Part shown: positions 58,271-58,780 of the stretch, piece after piece
How positions within the stretch are numbered: the first letter of the stretch is position 1
Layout: every line of letters begins with the position of its first letter
NCBI GenBank assembly: GCA_025594325.1
Contig: JANHCV010000019.1
Span: forward strand, 1 to 58,780
Length of the DNA stretch: 58,780 nucleotides
From: Blastocladiella emersonii ATCC 22665
Lineage: Eukaryota; Fungi; Blastocladiomycota
Reading direction: 5' to 3'
The notes under the pieces: generated by a model
The model's input: the letters and a program-made list of their open reading frames with translations, nothing else
Told to the model about the DNA's origin: nothing
Database searches by the model: none
Translations under genes and position numbers: made by a program

Positions 58271-58780
58271 TCAAACCGCCGCCGTGGCCACGCCGCCGCC
58301 CGCAGCGACGGCCGGCAGCCGCACCGCGTCGAGCGAGTAGGCGCGCGCGCTCATCCCGCCCGTCGTGGGCAGCGCCGACACGCGGCCGTCGCCGCGCACG
58401 TACTCGTCGATCTGGCGCGCCGCCTCGCGGCCCTCGCGGATGCCCCACACCACGAGCGACTGGCCGCGCCGGCAGTCGCCCGCCGCGAACACGCCGCGCA
58501 CCGACGTCGCGTAGCTCGCCGTGTCCGCCGCGACCGCGCGCGTCGCGGGCGACGTCGCCACGCCCAGCTGCGTCAGGAGCTCGGCCTCGGGCCCCACGAA
58601 GCCCATGGCGAGCAGCACCACGTCCGCCTTGTACGTCGCGTGCGTGCCCGCCACCTGCTCCATGACCCACTTCCCCGAAGCAGCGTCGTCCTTGCGCCAC
58701 GCCACCTTGACCGTGTTCACGCCCGCCACGTTGCCCGACCCGTCAGACACAAACTCGGTCGTCAGCGTAGAGTACTCGCG
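58271..58780 (-). CDS. GLT1: Mirror copy of the glutamate synthase C-terminus
   Basis: Identical mirror of 1-510. Confidence 0.9.
   Translation of the reverse strand, partial: REYSTLTTEFVSDGSGNVAGVNTVKVAWRKDDAASGKWVMEQVAGTHATYKADVVLLAMGFVGPEAELLTQLGVATSPATRAVAADTASYATSVRGVFAAGDCRRGQSLVVWGIREGREAARQIDEYVRGDGRVSALPTTGGMSARAYSLDAVRLPAVAAGGGVATAAV

Larger units (their letters stand above)
32335..58780. repeat. Right arm of giant inverted repeat
   Basis: Mirror of 1-26446. The only difference detected is C36033 (G on the minus strand) versus A22748. Confidence 0.98.

Noticed and set aside
32335-58780. Treating right-arm genes and elements as independent insertions
   Set aside because: They are exact positional mirrors of the left arm and are explained by one duplication (or one assembly event).

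Overview
Eukaryotic, GC-rich, transposon-dense DNA. The short introns (GTACGY-type donors, CTAAC/CTGAC branch sites, about 63-93 bp) look fungal, but the species cannot be determined from sequence alone. The whole window is one giant inverted repeat: 1-26446 is the reverse complement of 32335-58780 (position x mirrors 58781-x). I found one substitution between the arms (22748/36033) from the ORF track and spot checks; I did not align every base. The 5888-bp unique spacer (26447-32334) is the body of a decayed DIRS-type tyrosine-recombinase retrotransposon. Its inverted terminal repeats coincide with the inner tips of the arms, and its right flank is replaced by a mirror of its left flank. This is the signature expected either from ITR-seeded fold-back palindrome formation or from an assembler turning around at the ITR. 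From outside in, each arm carries: the 3' end of NADH-glutamate synthase (GLT1-like); a small spliced hypothetical gene; a nested Helitron stack; four tRNA genes (Ala-CGC, Cys-GCA, 2x Thr-CGT); a TA-flanked MITE; and two adjacent complete PIF/Harbinger-superfamily elements (ATT and TAA target duplications, intact DDE transposases plus second ORFs). The Helitron stack includes a Helitron with hybrid Helitron1/Helitron2-like ends and an unclassified 2.5-kb TIR element with an AT target duplication and AGATCT arrays. No CRISPR, rRNA or prokaryotic system was seen.
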